The notes under the pieces are model-generated. The model was not told where the DNA came from and searched no databases. It saw nothing but the letters and a program-made list of their open reading frames with translations. From contig NC_081399.1 of NCBI RefSeq assembly GCF_030684315.1, positions 9,534,113 through 9,598,112 of the forward strand: DNA of 64,000 nt. The letters run 5' to 3'. Below are positions 25,147-37,447 of this stretch, piece after piece. Numbering within the stretch: the first letter of the stretch is position 1; each line of letters starts with the position of its first letter. Both the position numbers and the translations under genes were made by a program. This DNA is from Stegostoma tigrinum (lineage: Eukaryota).

Positions 25147-26317
25147 TTGGTGGCTCGGTGGTTAGCACCGCAGCCTTGTGGCTCCAGGGGCCCAGGTTCA
25201 ATTCCAGCCTCAGGTAACTGCCTGTATGGAGTTTGTGCATTCTCCCTGTGCCTGTGTGAGCTTCACTCGGGTGTTCCTCCCACAGTCCGAGGATGCGCAA
25301 AACTGGCCACGCTACATTACTCGGGATGTGTAGGAATTGGTGCGTTAGCCGTGGAAATTGCAGGGTGGAGTGTGGATGGAATACTAACGTATAGTGACGA
25401 AGGATGCTATAGGTTGCAGAGAGACATAGATAAGCTGCAGAGATGGGCCGAGAGGTGGCAAATGGAGTTTAATGCGGACGAGTGTGAGGTGATGCACTTT
25501 GGTAGGAGTAACCGGAAGGCAAAGTACAGGGCTAATGGTAAGATTCTTGGTAGTGTAGATGAGCAGAGAGATCTCGGTGTCCATGTACACAGATCCTTGA
25601 AAGTTGCCACCCAGGTTGACAGGGGTGTTAAGAAGGAATACAGTGTTTTAGCTTTTATTAATAGAGGGATCGAGTTCCGGAACCAAGAGGTTATGGTGAA
25701 GCTATACAAAACTCTGGTGCGGCCGCACTTGGAGTATTGCGTACAGTTCTGGTCACCGCATTATAAGAAGGATGTGGAAGCTTTGGAAAGGGTGCAGAGG
25801 AGATTTACTAGGATGTTGCCTAGTATGGAGGGAAGGTCTTACGAGGAAAGGCTGAGGGACTTGAGGCTGTTTTCGTTAGAGAGAAGAAGGTTGAGAGGTG
25901 ACTTAATTGAAACATATAAAATAATCAGAGGGTTAGATAGGGTGGATAGGGAGACCGTTTTTCCTAGGATGGTGATGGCAAGCACGAGGAGGCATAGCTT
26001 TAAATTGAGGGGTGAAAGATATAGGACAGATGTCAGAGGTGGTTTCTTTACTCAGAGAGTAGTAAGGGAATGGAACGCTTTGCCTGCAACGGTAGTAGAT
26101 TCGCCAACTTTAAGTACATTTAAGTCGTCATTGGACAAGCATATGGACGTACATGGAATAGTGTAGGTTAGATGGGCTTGAGATCGGTATGACAGGTCGG
26201 CACAACATCGAGGGCCGAAGGGCCTGTACTGTGCTGTAATGTTCTATTCTATAACTCTATAATACTGTTTGGACGATCAGTGTGGCCGAGCGTTCGTCCA
26301 CACTGTAGGGCTTCTAT
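25147..26317 (+). mobile_element. HE1-type SINE split by a young CR1 insertion
   Basis: SINE head at 25147-25385 (A and B boxes); SINE 3' part resumes at 26261-26317. Confidence 0.8.
25386..26260 (+). mobile_element. Young 5'-truncated CR1/HER1 LINE with uninterrupted ORF2 C-terminus
   Basis: ~260 open codons to the stop at 26166 (WQMEFNADECEVMHFG, LVRPHLEYCVQFWSP, FFTQRVVREWNALP); tail ttctat/ctctat; TSD AATACT at 25380-25385 and 26261-26266. Confidence 0.93.
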
Positions 26318-26564
26318 ACCAAAAACATCAGTGACTGACTTCATTGCATTCCCTCCCAGAAGAGTAAGGAAATAAAATGTTTCGAATTCTCTTTGTTAAT
26401 ACACATAGCTGACTTTTCTTGATTGTCCTAAACTATCTCATCCTTCATCATTGAGAAAATACAAGCCATCTATATCACTGCCAACAGTTTTCATATCCTT
26501 CCAGTTTTCTGATGCCTCTTTTGCTGAGGAATTGTTACAATTGCTTCAGGGATAGCAGCAGCTA

Positions 26565-26718
26565 CAGATACTGGAGAATCTGAGACAACAAGGTGTAGAG
26601 CTGGATGAACACAGCAGGTCAAGCAGCATCACAGGAGCAGGGTCGAGGCCCGAAACATCAGCTCCTCTGATGCCGCTTGGCCTGCTGCGTTCATCCATCT
26701 TTACACCTTGTTATCTCT
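26565..26718. mobile_element. Fold-back Penelope-like short element
   Basis: acaaggtgtagagctggatgaacacagcagg ... cctgctgcgttcatccatctttacaccttgt inverted arms; central ggcccgaaacatc. Confidence 0.7.
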
Positions 26719-27334
26719 ATTACTGTTGCTGTCGGTTTTCCATTTATCTTCCAACAACCAGCTACAGTATACCCAATTCTATTGCAATGTTATTTTTTTT
26801 CTACAACGTTTTGGATTCTAGCCTTTCTCCTTTGTTAGTTTGCAATCCTTCTAACTACTCCCTAAAAATGATACCTTCTACGGTCCGGATCTTGCTGGAT
26901 TTCCATGTGACTATTTTTCCCCATCTCCGTAACAATGTGGAGTTTCATGGGTGTCTCACAGAACATGGTCCTGTGCTCCCCTCACTTTTTAATTTCTTCT
27001 GCCCCCGTTTACATTGCTCCTTTCGTTTCTGACTCAAGAGATTTTGTTTTCAGAGCACGCACTTTCTCTTTTGAGACTTGATGTCGATCTAAGTAAATCT
27101 TGTAGTTAGCTGGAATTCTATTTCTGACTTATTTCACAATCCCAGTTTCCCTGACGTCTGCAAAATTTGCTTCTGTCGTCAGTGGTCAGAAACACTGATC
27201 CCATAGCACTTCTCTTTCTCCTTTGCACACACTGCAAAATCCCTGCTAAAATTTCTTTCTTAAAGTCCTACATTGTAATCGATAATCTTCAAGGCCGAGC
27301 TCAAGCATTGACTATCATCATTAACTGTTTCAAA

Positions 27335-28120
27335 GAATAAAGAACAAAGAGCAGTACAGCTCAGGAACAGGCCCTTCAGCCCCTCCAAGCCTGCGCTGAC
27401 ACATCTCGTCCTTCCATAGTAAAACTGTCTTCACTTACAGGATCCCTCTGTTCCCTTCTCAGTCACGTATTTGTCCGAGTGTTTCCTGAGTGCTGCTATT
27501 GCGCCTGATTCCGTCACCTCCTTTGGCACCGCATTCCAGGTGTTCACCACCCCTTTGTGTGAAAAACATGTCTCACATGTCTCTTTTAAACACCACCCCC
27601 CCCACCTCCTCCCACCTCAAACCTGTGTCCCCTTGTAACTTTTCCCCCTGGGAAGAAGCCTCATACTTTCCACTCTATCCATGCCATTCACAATCCTATA
27701 AACTTCGATCAGGTCGCCCCTCAACCTCCTACATTGCAGTGAAAACAAACCCATTCCATCCAATCTTTCTTCATAGATAAAATCCCCCAGACCAGGCAAC
27801 ATCCTGGTAAACCCTCTCTGTACCCTCTCTGAAGTATCCACATCCTCCTGGTAGTGTGGTGACCAGAACTGCACACAATATTCCAAATGTGGCCAAACTA
27901 AAGTTCTGCAAAGCTGCAGCGTTACTCGTCTCTCCTTATATTCAATGCCCCTTCCGTTGAAGGCAAGCCTGCCAGGGGCATGTTTCACTGCCTCATCTAC
28001 CTGCACAGCCACCTTCAGGAATGTGTGGACCTGCACACCCAGATCCCTCTGCGTATCAAAACTCCGAAGGGTTCTACTATATAATTTCCATCTGTACTTG
28101 ACCTTCCAAAATGCACCATC
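27335..28120 (-). mobile_element. CR1 LINE 3' fragment
   Basis: ORF 27617..28132: LVWPHLEYCVQFWSPHY, RRLRGDLIEVY. Confidence 0.92.
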
Positions 28121-28127
28121 AGACATC

Positions 28128-28995
28128 GGCACAGTGGCTCAGTGGTTAGCACTGCAGCCTCACAGCGCCAGGGACCAGGGTTCGATTCCAGCCTCGGGTA
28201 ACTGTCTGTGCAGAGCTTGCGTATTCTCTTTGCGTGGGTTTCCTCCGGGCGCTCCAGTTTCATCCCACAGTCCAAAGATGTGCAGGCTAGGGTGGATTGG
28301 CCAGGTTAAATTGTCCCATATTCCTCAGGAATGTGTGGGTTAGGGTGGGTTGGCCGTGCTAAATTGTCCCATAGTGCCCAGGGATGTGCGGGTTAGGGTG
28401 GGTTGGCCGTGCTAAATTGTCCCATAGTGCCCAGGGATGTGCGGGTTAGGGTGGGTTGGCCGTGCTAAATTGTCCCATAGTGCCCAGGGATGTGCAGGTT
28501 AGGGTGGATTGGCCGTGCTAAATTGTCCCATAGTGTCCAGGGATGTGCGGGTTAGGGTGGGTTGGCCGTGCTAAATTGTCCCATAGTGCCCAGGGATGTG
28601 CAGGTTAGGGTGGGTTGGCCGTGCTAAATTGTCCCATAGTGCCCAGGGATGTGCGGGTTAGGGTGGGTTGGCCGTGCTAAATGATCCCATATTGCCCAGG
28701 GATGTGCAGGTTAGGGTGGATTGGCCGTGCTAAATGATCCCATAGTGCCCAGGGATGTGCAGGTTAGGGTGGGTTGGCCGTGCTAAATTGTCCCATAGTG
28801 CCCAGGGATGTGCAGGTTAGGGTGGATTGGCCATGCTAAATTGTCCCATAGTGCCCGGGGATGTGCGGGTTGGTTGCATTAGCTATGGGAAATCCAGAGA
28901 TTGGGTTACGGGATGGGTTTGGGTGGGATGGTCTTTAGAAGGTCAGTGTGGACTTTTTTGGGGCCGAATGGCCTGTTTCCACACTGTGGGGATTC
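28128..28995 (+). mobile_element. Complete HE1-type SINE containing ~11 tandem 53-bp units (~28277-28860)
   Basis: A box 28135-28145, B box 28179-28189, internal array identical to the reverse complement of 1-2363, normal 3' tail. Confidence 0.92.
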
Positions 28996-29394
28996 AACTA
29001 AATGTCTCTGGCATGTTACCATCCTTCCTTAAATAAGGTGTCCAGAACCGAACACAATGCTTCAAATGTAGTCTGACCAGGATTTGTAGAGGTAGAGCAT
29101 CACTTTCTTGCTTTTATTCTCTATAATTCGGTTTATAAATCCAAGGGTCCTGTAAACTTTCTCAACAACTGTTTCAATTTGCCACCCTCAGAGAATCATG
29201 CACATGCACCACAAGGTCCCTCTGCTCCTGTACACCCATCAAAGTTGCTTTATTGAGCCTACATTGTCTCTCTCGCCAAAATGCATTATCTCACATTTCT
29301 CTGCATTGAAATTCAAAATGAGGCAAAATATCTTTCACCTATATTCTCTGTAGTTTTTAGGCACAGAAGGTAGATTTCTAATTAAAGCAAATAG

Positions 29395-30185
29395 ATGGAG
29401 ATGAATTTAGATAAATGTGAATTGGAAAGGCACATCAGGGCAGGACTTATACACTTAATGGGAAGGTCCTGGGGAGTGTTACTGAACAAAGAGACCTGGT
29501 GGGAGGCAGGTTCATAGCTCCCTGAGAGTGGAGTCGCAGGTAGACAGGGCGGTGAGGGAGGTGTTTGGGACACTGGCCTTTATTGGTCAGTGCATTGAGT
29601 ACAGGGAGCTGGGAGGGTCATGTTGCGGCTGTACAGGACATTGGTTAGGGCCACTTCTGGAATACTGCGTGTAATCCCGGTCTCCCCGCTACAGGAAGGA
29701 TGTTGTGAAACTTGAACGGGTTCAGAACAGATTTACGAAGATGTTGCCAGGGTCGGAGGGTGTGAGCTACAGGGAGAGGCTGGGGCTACTTTCCCCGGAG
29801 CGTCGGAGGCTGAGGGGGTGACCTTATAGAGGTTTATAAAAGCAGGAGGGGCATGGATAGGGTGAATAGACAAGGTGTTTCCCCAGGGTAGGGGGAGTCC
29901 AAAACTAGAGGGGCATAGGTTAAAGGTGAGAGGGGAAAGGGAGCTGAGGGGTAACTATTTCACACAGAGGGTGGTGCGTGTATGGAATGAGCTGCCAGGG
30001 GAAGTGGTGGGGGCTGGTACAGTTACAGCATTTAAAAGGCAGCTGGATGGGGACATGGATAGGAAGGGGTTAGAGGGACATGGGCCAAATGCTGGCGAAT
30101 GGGACCAGATTAATGTAGGATATCGGGTCAGTATTGGCAAGTTGAGCCGAAGAGTCTGTTTCTGTGCTGTACATCTCTATGACTC
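29395..30185 (+). mobile_element. CR1/HER1 3' fragment (subfamily with shared lesions)
   Basis: Nearly identical to 9845-10560 and 56193-56900; tail ctctatgactct. Confidence 0.9.
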
Positions 30186-31639
30186 TGGCTCTAAATTCCA
30201 CATGGGAATAAAAATCATCGTCAATTTATTTGTTCTCCTGTTAGGCCTCCTCACTGGTCAAGTCAAGTGGTCCAACTTTGTTTTCTTTTCCTAATTCAGG
30301 ACGTTTACATCCTATTTCCTTGTCTCTCTCCAGTTTTGCAATCTCTTGCATCTGTTTCAAGTTTTCCTCCTTTCAGCACTAAATATTGGATAATGATTTC
30401 ATCCTTATGAGAAGCTGCTTTTATTTTCACCTTCACAGCATCTCGCAAATTTTGAAATGTGCTTGCCATTGAATAAATTCAGTGAGTGACCACACAAGAG
30501 GCTGCCAGCGTACTCTCAACCACAGAACATAAGTTTATTGCACAAACGAAACAAAACCAACAAAAGCTGTGTGACAGCATGGGACTATCTTGTCATAAAC
30601 CGCAAAATGACAGTTTCAACGCACAGTTTCCCCTTCAACATCCTTAACGCATACTCAACCCCAGTGGATATCACTCCTTGCTTCACTCGTTAATTTCTTA
30701 GCTGATGAGCGCACAAACGTTTCCTTACAGAGCATGGACCAAATGTGATTCTCCTCACCCCCCTCCCAGAGACGCAGGGGGCTGAATCGTTATGAAATTC
30801 AGCTGGGAGTGTTATTTTTGGAGCGTTTTGTGAAAGATTTCCCACTTCGGTTTTAGTGAATTTTCCCATGCACTGTTATACAGTTTCATAATTCTGACAA
30901 ACACATACATAGCTGCATGCATCAGGGCACGCTAACATTTCAATCACACTTGGTTACAGAAGTACCCTCCTCTGCCAGGACTTGATTGTGCCAATGTCTC
31001 GGGTGATATATTGAGCCCCCAGCATGTCAAATCATGCCAGCCTGGTGTGACATAGCCACGCAGGCTGTCCCCACAAGTATCACAAGAAGGCTAATGCCAT
31101 TCTGTGCTCCACAAGTTAAATGCCAGCCCTTTCTCTCTGCCAGCTCACACACACTCCATCTGTGCCGTTGTGCCCACTTCCAACCAAAAGTTGAAACCCC
31201 ACTACTGCTTGCTGTACCCACCCTCACTGGCTCTCACTCACACCACCCCCTCCCGAACCTTCCTCCCTCCTGCACTCCCTCCTCACTCACTCACTCATTC
31301 CTGACCAGACCTCCACCTGACTGCCCACAGTCTCCACGGGCTGCCCCCTTCGGACCTTCAGATACAGCCATTGGGCTGAAGCGCGGGCCGTGTGTTTGCC
31401 CGTGGGCCATTGCTGTTGGATATAAGTTTGACATCGAAGGAGCTAATTTCACAATAAAGCCCATTGCACTACCCACAAACCCTTCCCACACAACCACCTC
31501 TGGTTGTCCCTCCTCCACCCACTCTCCACCACTAACTGTACATTGCCAGTCACCAACTGTTATTTGGTCTTTAATCTGCTTGGAATTATACAACCATCAG
31601 CGAAATCCCCTTCTGGATGTAGGAAGATTTCCTAAACAG

Positions 31640-32270
31640 GGAAATCTGAAGCACAAAGGGATCTGGGGAGTCCTAGCTCAGGATTCTTTCGCAGTTAATG
31701 TACAGGTTCAGTTGCATGTTAGGAAGGCAAATACAATGTTAGCATTCATTTCAAAGGGAGTGCGAGAGCAGAGATTTCCTGCTTAGGCTCTGTTCAGGCA
31801 GCATTGGGAATATTGCGAGCAGTTTTAGGCTCTGTATCGAAGGAAGGACATGCTGGCCTTGGAGGGAAGTTTATGGGAATAATCCCAGGGATGAAGGGCT
31901 CGGCATACAAGCAAAGGTTGAGGGCCCTGGGTCTGTACTTGATGGAGTTTAGACGGATGTGTGGGTGGATTTGTTCGAAACTTATAGAGTACTGAGAGTC
32001 CTGGGTAGAGTGGATGCTTCCACCAGGAGCAGAGACTAGGATCTGAGGGCACAGCCTGAGAGTGAAGGGATAACGGTGAGATGAGGGGGGTGGGGAATCT
32101 GTGGAAGTCTATCACAGAGGGCTGTGAACACCAAGCCATTGTGCGTATTTAAGATCGAGGTAGATAGGTTCTTGATTAGAAAGGGGACCAAGGGTTACGA
32201 GGACAAGGCAAGAGAATTAGGTTGAGAAACATGATGGAGCAGACCCGATGGGCTGAATGGCCACTCCCTT
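31640..32270 (+). mobile_element. Old CR1 3' fragment
   Basis: VRKANTMLAFISKG, RLRALGLY, CR1-type 3' UTR. Confidence 0.8.
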
Positions 32271-32539
32271 GAAGATGCCCAGCTTCCTCGAAGAAAAGCT
32301 CCAGAACCAGAACAATCCATATTCCGTCCCCAGTTGGAGTGAAGTGGATTTGCAAACATCGCTTTTGGGTGAATCTTTGATTTTGCAATGGGCCGCGAGC
32401 AAAGAATAGATTAGTCACGCTCCCAGCCAGCTTCTTGCAGTTTCCCACTCCTGCAGCTTTCATGATATTTTTATACAGCGGGTTCCTCTCTGAGTCGGAA
32501 ACGGTGGCGCGTTCCAAATGCAACCCCCAACTTGAGAGT

Positions 32540-33130
32540 GAGAGACACGACACTCAGGGAGAGACAGAGAGGGAGGGAGAGAATGGCAGACGGAGAGATA
32601 GAGGGAGAGAGAAATTGGAAGGGATAAGAGGCCGAGAGAAGGAACGAGGCAGGCAGAGCAGGGGTGAACAAAACTGGGATGAAGACAAAGAGAGATGTAC
32701 ATCAAGATGAACAAAGATGTGCAGAAGTGGAGAGCGAGGGGAGGGGGTGGGGAGAGAGATGACTGAGAGAGGGATAAAGATAAGGAAGAAGAGGGAATGG
32801 GGTTAAACACTTGAGATAAGGAGGGAGAAAGGACGCTGGGAGATACAGGGGAAAAGGGGCATGGGGAGATCACGAGTGGGAGAGGATGGGAGAAACTGTG
32901 AGATAGATAAAGTTGGAGAGGATGGGGGAACACTTTGAGATAAGGGGAAAGAGAGAGAGAGAGAGAGAGGACAGTAGAGTTAAGGAGAGCGAGTGTTGGA
33001 CAACTGGGGAGACTGTGAGCTAATGAGAGAGAAAGAAGGCTGGGGGTTGCGAGACTGTGAGATAAGGATAGAGGACAGGCGAAAGCCAAAGATAAGGAAA
33101 GAGAGAAATAGAGATAGAGAGGACAGAGGG
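32540..33130 (+). repeat. GA-rich low-complexity tract
   Basis: Purine-rich degenerate (GA)n. Confidence 0.85.
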
Positions 33131-33234
33131 ACACTCTGATAAGAAGATCAAAACTGCACACAATACTCCAGATAATAAAATGTGAGGCTGGACGAACACA
33201 GCAGGCCAAGCAGCATCTCAGGAGCACAAAAGCT

Positions 33235-33262
33235 GACGTTTCGGGCCTAGACCCTTCATCAG
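33235..33262 (-). ncRNA. Minimal hammerhead ribozyme core (left-arm copy)
   Basis: Reverse complement reads CTGATGA-a-GGGTC-TA-GGCCC-GAAAC-GTC. Confidence 0.6.
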
Positions 33263-33744
33263 AGAGGGGGATGGGGGGAGGGAACTGGAATAAATAGGGA
33301 GAGAGGGGGAGGCGGACCGAAGATGGAGAGTAAAGAAGATAGGTGGAGAGAGTGTAGGTGGGGAGGTAGGGAGGGGATAGGTCAGTCCAGGGAAGACGGA
33401 CAGGTCAAGGAGGTGGGATGAGGTTAGTAGGTAGCGGGGGGTGCGGCTTGGGGTGGGAGGAAGGGATGGGTGAGAGGAAGAACCGGTTAGGGAGGCAGAG
33501 ACAGGTTTCTGCCTCCCTAACCGGTTCTTCCTCTCACCCATCCCTTCCTCCCACCCCAAGCCGCACCCCCCGCTACCTACTAACCTCATCCCACCTCCTT
33601 GACCTGTCCGTCTTCCCTGGACTGACCTATCCCCTCCCTACCTCCCCACCTACACTCTCTCCACCTATCTTCTTTACTCTCCATCTTCGGTCCGCCTCCC
33701 CCTCTCTCCCTATTTATTCCAGTTCCCTCCCCCCATCCCCCTCT

Positions 33745-33772
33745 CTGATGAAGGGTCTAGGCCCGAAACGTC
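33745..33772 (+). ncRNA. Minimal hammerhead ribozyme core (right-arm copy)
   Basis: CUGAUGA box, GGGUC/GGCCC helix II, GAAA box, palindromic ACGU in place of helix III, GUC cleavage triplet. Confidence 0.6.
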
Positions 33773-33939
33773 AGCTTTTGTGCTCCTGAGATGCTGCTTG
33801 GCCTGCTGTGTTCGTCCAGCCTCACATTTTATTATCTTGGAATCTCCAGCATCTGCAGTTCCCATTATCTCTGACACAATACTCCAGATATGGTCTCACC
33901 TGGGTCCCTGGACAATTGCATCAAGATTTAGCAGATAGA

Positions 33940-34072
33940 CTCAGAGATAGTAGGAACTGCAGATGCTAGAGTCTGAGATAATACTTTGTAGAGCTGGATG
34001 AACACAGCAGGCCAAGCAGCATCAGAGAAGCAGGAAGGCTGACGTTTCGGGTCAGGACCTTTCTCCAGAAAT
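33940..34072 (-). mobile_element. Penelope-like terminal fragment
   Basis: Homologous to 33745-33873 in reverse, with core CTGGAGA...cccGAAACGTC. Confidence 0.7.
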
Positions 34073-34559
34073 GAAAATAGACTGTTGCCTTTTATGCCTC
34101 TCCAGGGCACGACGATCGTAGCTCTATGGCTTTTGTGATCAGACCTGACACAAAGACCTTTCCCTGTTCCAACGTTTGCAAAACACACCTCAAAAAGTGT
34201 GAAATTCCAGCAGGATGGGGTCTTTCCCTCCGTCAACGTCCTTCTCAACATCTCCCCGAGAGGCATGGTGACCCTCAGGTTAAACTCACCACATTATCTC
34301 TCTCTAATGAGAGAGCAGCTCTATGGTCTTGTGGGAGCATGACAATGTAACCTCTATTAGTGACATTACACACCATGAGTCCATATTCCAAAGAAAAGTT
34401 CAATTCGTTAATAAGGTTCGGAATGAAAAGCCACTCCCAGGGGTGATAACTGGTTACTGTTTATGAATATAACATCTGTCTGGGTTCACTGAAGCCTCTA
34501 AGGGAGGTACATCTGTGGATCTCGCCCAATCGAACCTCCAGACACACAGTGATAAATTG

Positions 34560-35285
34560 GATTATCATTTATTCACTAGTGGATGTGGGCGTCTCTGGCT
34601 GGCCCCAACATTTATTGCCTCCTGTCCCTACTTGCGCCCCCTTAAGAAGCAGTGGGGAGCTGCCTTCTTGAACCCCTGCAGTCCATCTGCCGTAGGTTGC
34701 CCCACAGTGTCCCCTTAGGAACGGAATTCCGGGGATCCTGATCCAGCGGCACTGTAGGAACGGGGATATATTTCCGAGTCAGAATGGGGACGGGCTCGGA
34801 GGGGAACATGCAGGGGGTGGGGGTCCCATGTACCTGCTGCCCCTTGTCCTTCTGGATGGAAGTGGGTCGTGGGGTTTGGAAGGTGCTCCCTGAGGGTCTT
34901 TGGTGAGTCTCTGCAGAGCGTCTTGTAGATGGTACACAGTGCTGCGACTGAGCGTCGGTGGGGTGGGGGGGGGGGGGGGGGGTGGAGGAAGTGGGATATT
35001 TGTGGATGTGGTGCCAATCGAGCGGGGGCTGCTTTGTCCTGGATGGTGTCGAGCTTCTTGAGTGTTGTTGGAGCTGCCCCCATCCAGGGGCAAGTGGGGG
35101 GGGGCGGTATTCCATCCCACTCCTGCCTTGTGCCGTGTAGATGGTGGGGCAGGATTCTGGACGGGAGTCACTCGCTGCAGGGTTCCCAGCCTCTGACCTG
35201 CTCCTATAGCTGCTGTGTTTATGTGGTGGGTCCATTTAAAAGAGCAGATCAGAGGCTTGGAATCCCGCAGTGAGTAACTCACCTT
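34560..35285 (-). mobile_element. CR1-group LINE family B, 3' fragment
   Basis: Reverse complement of the 6990-7650 segment. Confidence 0.87.
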
Positions 35286-35450
35286 CCTCACAGTTTGGTG
35301 TCATGAGAAATTGACGAGTCAGTCAATTACTGGCAGAGGAGGTGGAGTCTCCCTCAGGGAAGGGAGAGGAATCAGCGTTACCCACACTGTAAATGTAGCT
35401 GCTCTTGCAAAAGAGGCTGACTTCATCTCCCTCCCTTTCTCTTCATTTAG

Positions 35451-35542
35451 AAGCGCTGCAGCCTCCAGAAATCTGTTATGTGTTGGACGCTGTTCTCTTT
35501 GTCTATGGAATTGTGCTAACAGCTCTCTACTGCCGTCTTAAG
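35451..35542 (+). CDS. FCER1G: FcR gamma chain exon 2 (ectodomain and transmembrane helix)
   Basis: tttag|AA...AAG|gtgagg; (E)[30 protein letters not shown] versus human [30 protein letters not shown]. Confidence 0.97.
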
Positions 35543-35564
35543 GTGAGGTCCAGAGGAGGGTGGT

Positions 35565-35830
35565 CAGTGTGAGGGAGCTGGGTTAACATCAGCACAGATA
35601 CAGTCAGTAACACAGGGCGCTGGGGGGGAGAGGGGTTACTGAGTGACAGTGTGAGGGAGAGGGATTAACATCAGTAGGGATACAGTCAGTAACACAGGGC
35701 GCTGGGGGGGAGAGGGGCTACTGAGTGACAGTGTGAGGGAGAGGGATTAACATCAGTAGGGATACAGTCAGTAACACAGGGCGCTGGGTTGGGGGTGAGG
35801 GGTTACTGAGTGACAGTGTGAGGGAGCTGG
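35565..35830 (+). repeat. 82-bp tandem repeat, ~3 units, filling FCER1G intron 2
   Basis: aacatcag recurs at 35585, 35667 and 35749. Confidence 0.9.
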
Positions 35831-35895
35831 GAATGAGTCTGAGGCGTCCGCATGAAGTAAGTTTATTAAATCTCTGACTCTTTTACTGGATGCAG

Positions 35896-35940
35896 CTACA
35901 GATGCGCAAAAAGGAAACAGCCACAGGATCGGAATATGAG
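35896..35940 (+). CDS. FCER1G: FcR gamma chain exon 3
   Basis: tgcag|CTA...GAG|gtaagg; LQMRKKETATGSEYE (human IQVRKAAITSYE). Confidence 0.9.
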
Positions 35941-35964
35941 GTAAGGAACGTGTGAGGTATGGAT

Positions 35965-36237
35965 CATAGAATCCCTACAGTGTGGAAGCAGGCCCTTCAG
36001 CCCTACAAGTCCACATCAGCCCTCACAGAATCCCACCCAGACCCATCCCCCATAACCCACCTAATCTACACATCCCTGAACACTATGGACAATTTAGCCT
36101 GGCCAATCCACCCAGCCTGCACATCTTTGGACTGTGGGAGGAAACCCACGCAGACATGGAGAACATGCAAACTCCACACACAGTCACCCAAGGGTGGAAT
36201 TGAACACAGGTCCCAAGTAACCACTGAGCCACGATGC
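35965..36237 (-). mobile_element. HE1-type SINE
   Basis: Homologous to 60100-60420; single copy of the 53-bp segment. Confidence 0.85.
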
Positions 36238-36996
36238 TGGCCCTCTACCCAACAGTTATGCTATTGCCATTTTAAAGCATTCCACTCCCCCTCTAACTGT
36301 CTCTGTTCTCTCCATTTCCAAGTACTTAGTTTAACACACAAGAACCTGTTCCTTTGGACCATCTCTCACCATCCCTGCCCTGCCAACACACAAGACTCAA
36401 TGACCTTTCCTACCCTAGATTCCCTCCATAATCTAGCCATCCTGCCAGGGACTCCCTGCACCCTTGATCAGCTTTCATACCCTAGACTACATGCTACCCT
36501 ATCTAGTTTCTCACCCTCAGATTCCCAGTCTTCTTCAGTAAGCCTTCCTCCCTCGACTTGCTGCCTTCCTCAATAAGCCTCCTCCCCTTGACTTCACTGC
36601 CTCCTTTGGCTAGACTACCTGCCCTCCCTTGGCCAGCCTCCTAGTCCCAGTCTCACTGACTTGGATTCCCTCCATTTCTCAGTCAACTGCTCTGTCTCCC
36701 CTCTCTTGCATCATTAAGTAATGTTTCCCCAGGAAGAAGAAAGAATAGTAGCTATTCAATTGAACAAGTATGTTGGATCTGTTCCTGGACTGGGTCAGGG
36801 TGACCAGGAAAAGACATACAGGCAGGATGACAGGATAGAAACAGGCGAACACACACAACATGGGAAATGTGTCCGCCTCCACAAGGCAATCAACAAACAG
36901 ATTCCGACATTAGCCCACCATGTTCACACGAAAATAGGCTGTACAGTCAGTCAGCACAAACACTCTCCTACCCACCCCCCCGCCAAACAGATAGCA

Positions 36997-37312
36997 TGTG
37001 AGGGGGTAAATCCGGTGTGTGTAAATGGGGAGGGGGTGTGTGAGGGGGTTAATCCCCCTCCGATAGGGGAACAGACTGCCCAGTGTGTGTAAATGGGGAG
37101 GGGGTGTGTGAGGGGGTTAATCCCCCTCCGATAGGGGAACAGGCTGCCCGTTGTGTGTAAATGGGGAGGGGGTGTGTGAGGGGGTTAATCCCCCTCCGAT
37201 AGGGGAACAGACTGCCCGGTGTGTGTAAATGGGGAGGGGGTGTGTGAGGGGGTTAATCCCGCTCCGATAGGGGAACAGGCTGTCTGGTGTGTGTAAATGG
37301 GGAGGGGGTTAA
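36997..37312 (+). repeat. 68-bp G-rich tandem repeat, ~4.5 units
   Basis: gtgtgtaaatggggagggggtgtgtgagggggttaatccccctccgataggggaacag. Confidence 0.9.
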
Positions 37313-37447
37313 TGTGTAAATTTGTTTCGATGTGACAGGAAATCCGTGGCCCTCGGAAGGACATTTATCATGAAATAAAGCCGGGGAAAATGGAATCTCA
37401 GAAGGAAATGCCAGTGAGTCGAAATTTCAGTTTCAATGTGTACTTTC

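Larger units (their letters stand above)
33158..33890. mobile_element. Young fold-back Penelope-like element: 330-bp inverted arms, 8-nt spacer, 17-bp TSD
   Basis: Arms 33170-33499 and 33508-33837; TSD acacaatactccagata at 33158-33174 and 33874-33890. Confidence 0.88.

Noticed and set aside
25015-26166. 383-aa ORF as a host gene
   Set aside because: Chimera of two SINEs and a truncated CR1 ORF2 lacking the RT core
28128-28200. tRNA gene (A and B boxes)
   Set aside because: tRNA-derived SINE head continuing into the SINE body; same for the other copies
30202-30256. MGIKIIVNLFVLLLGLLT as FCER1G exon 1
   Set aside because: Poor donor (gtcaag) and adjacent to a CR1 tail; 12656-12704 has better Kozak context, donor, length and position
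30480-30730. Second LTR-like stretch with minus-strand AATAAA
   Set aside because: No definable TG...CA ends or TSD
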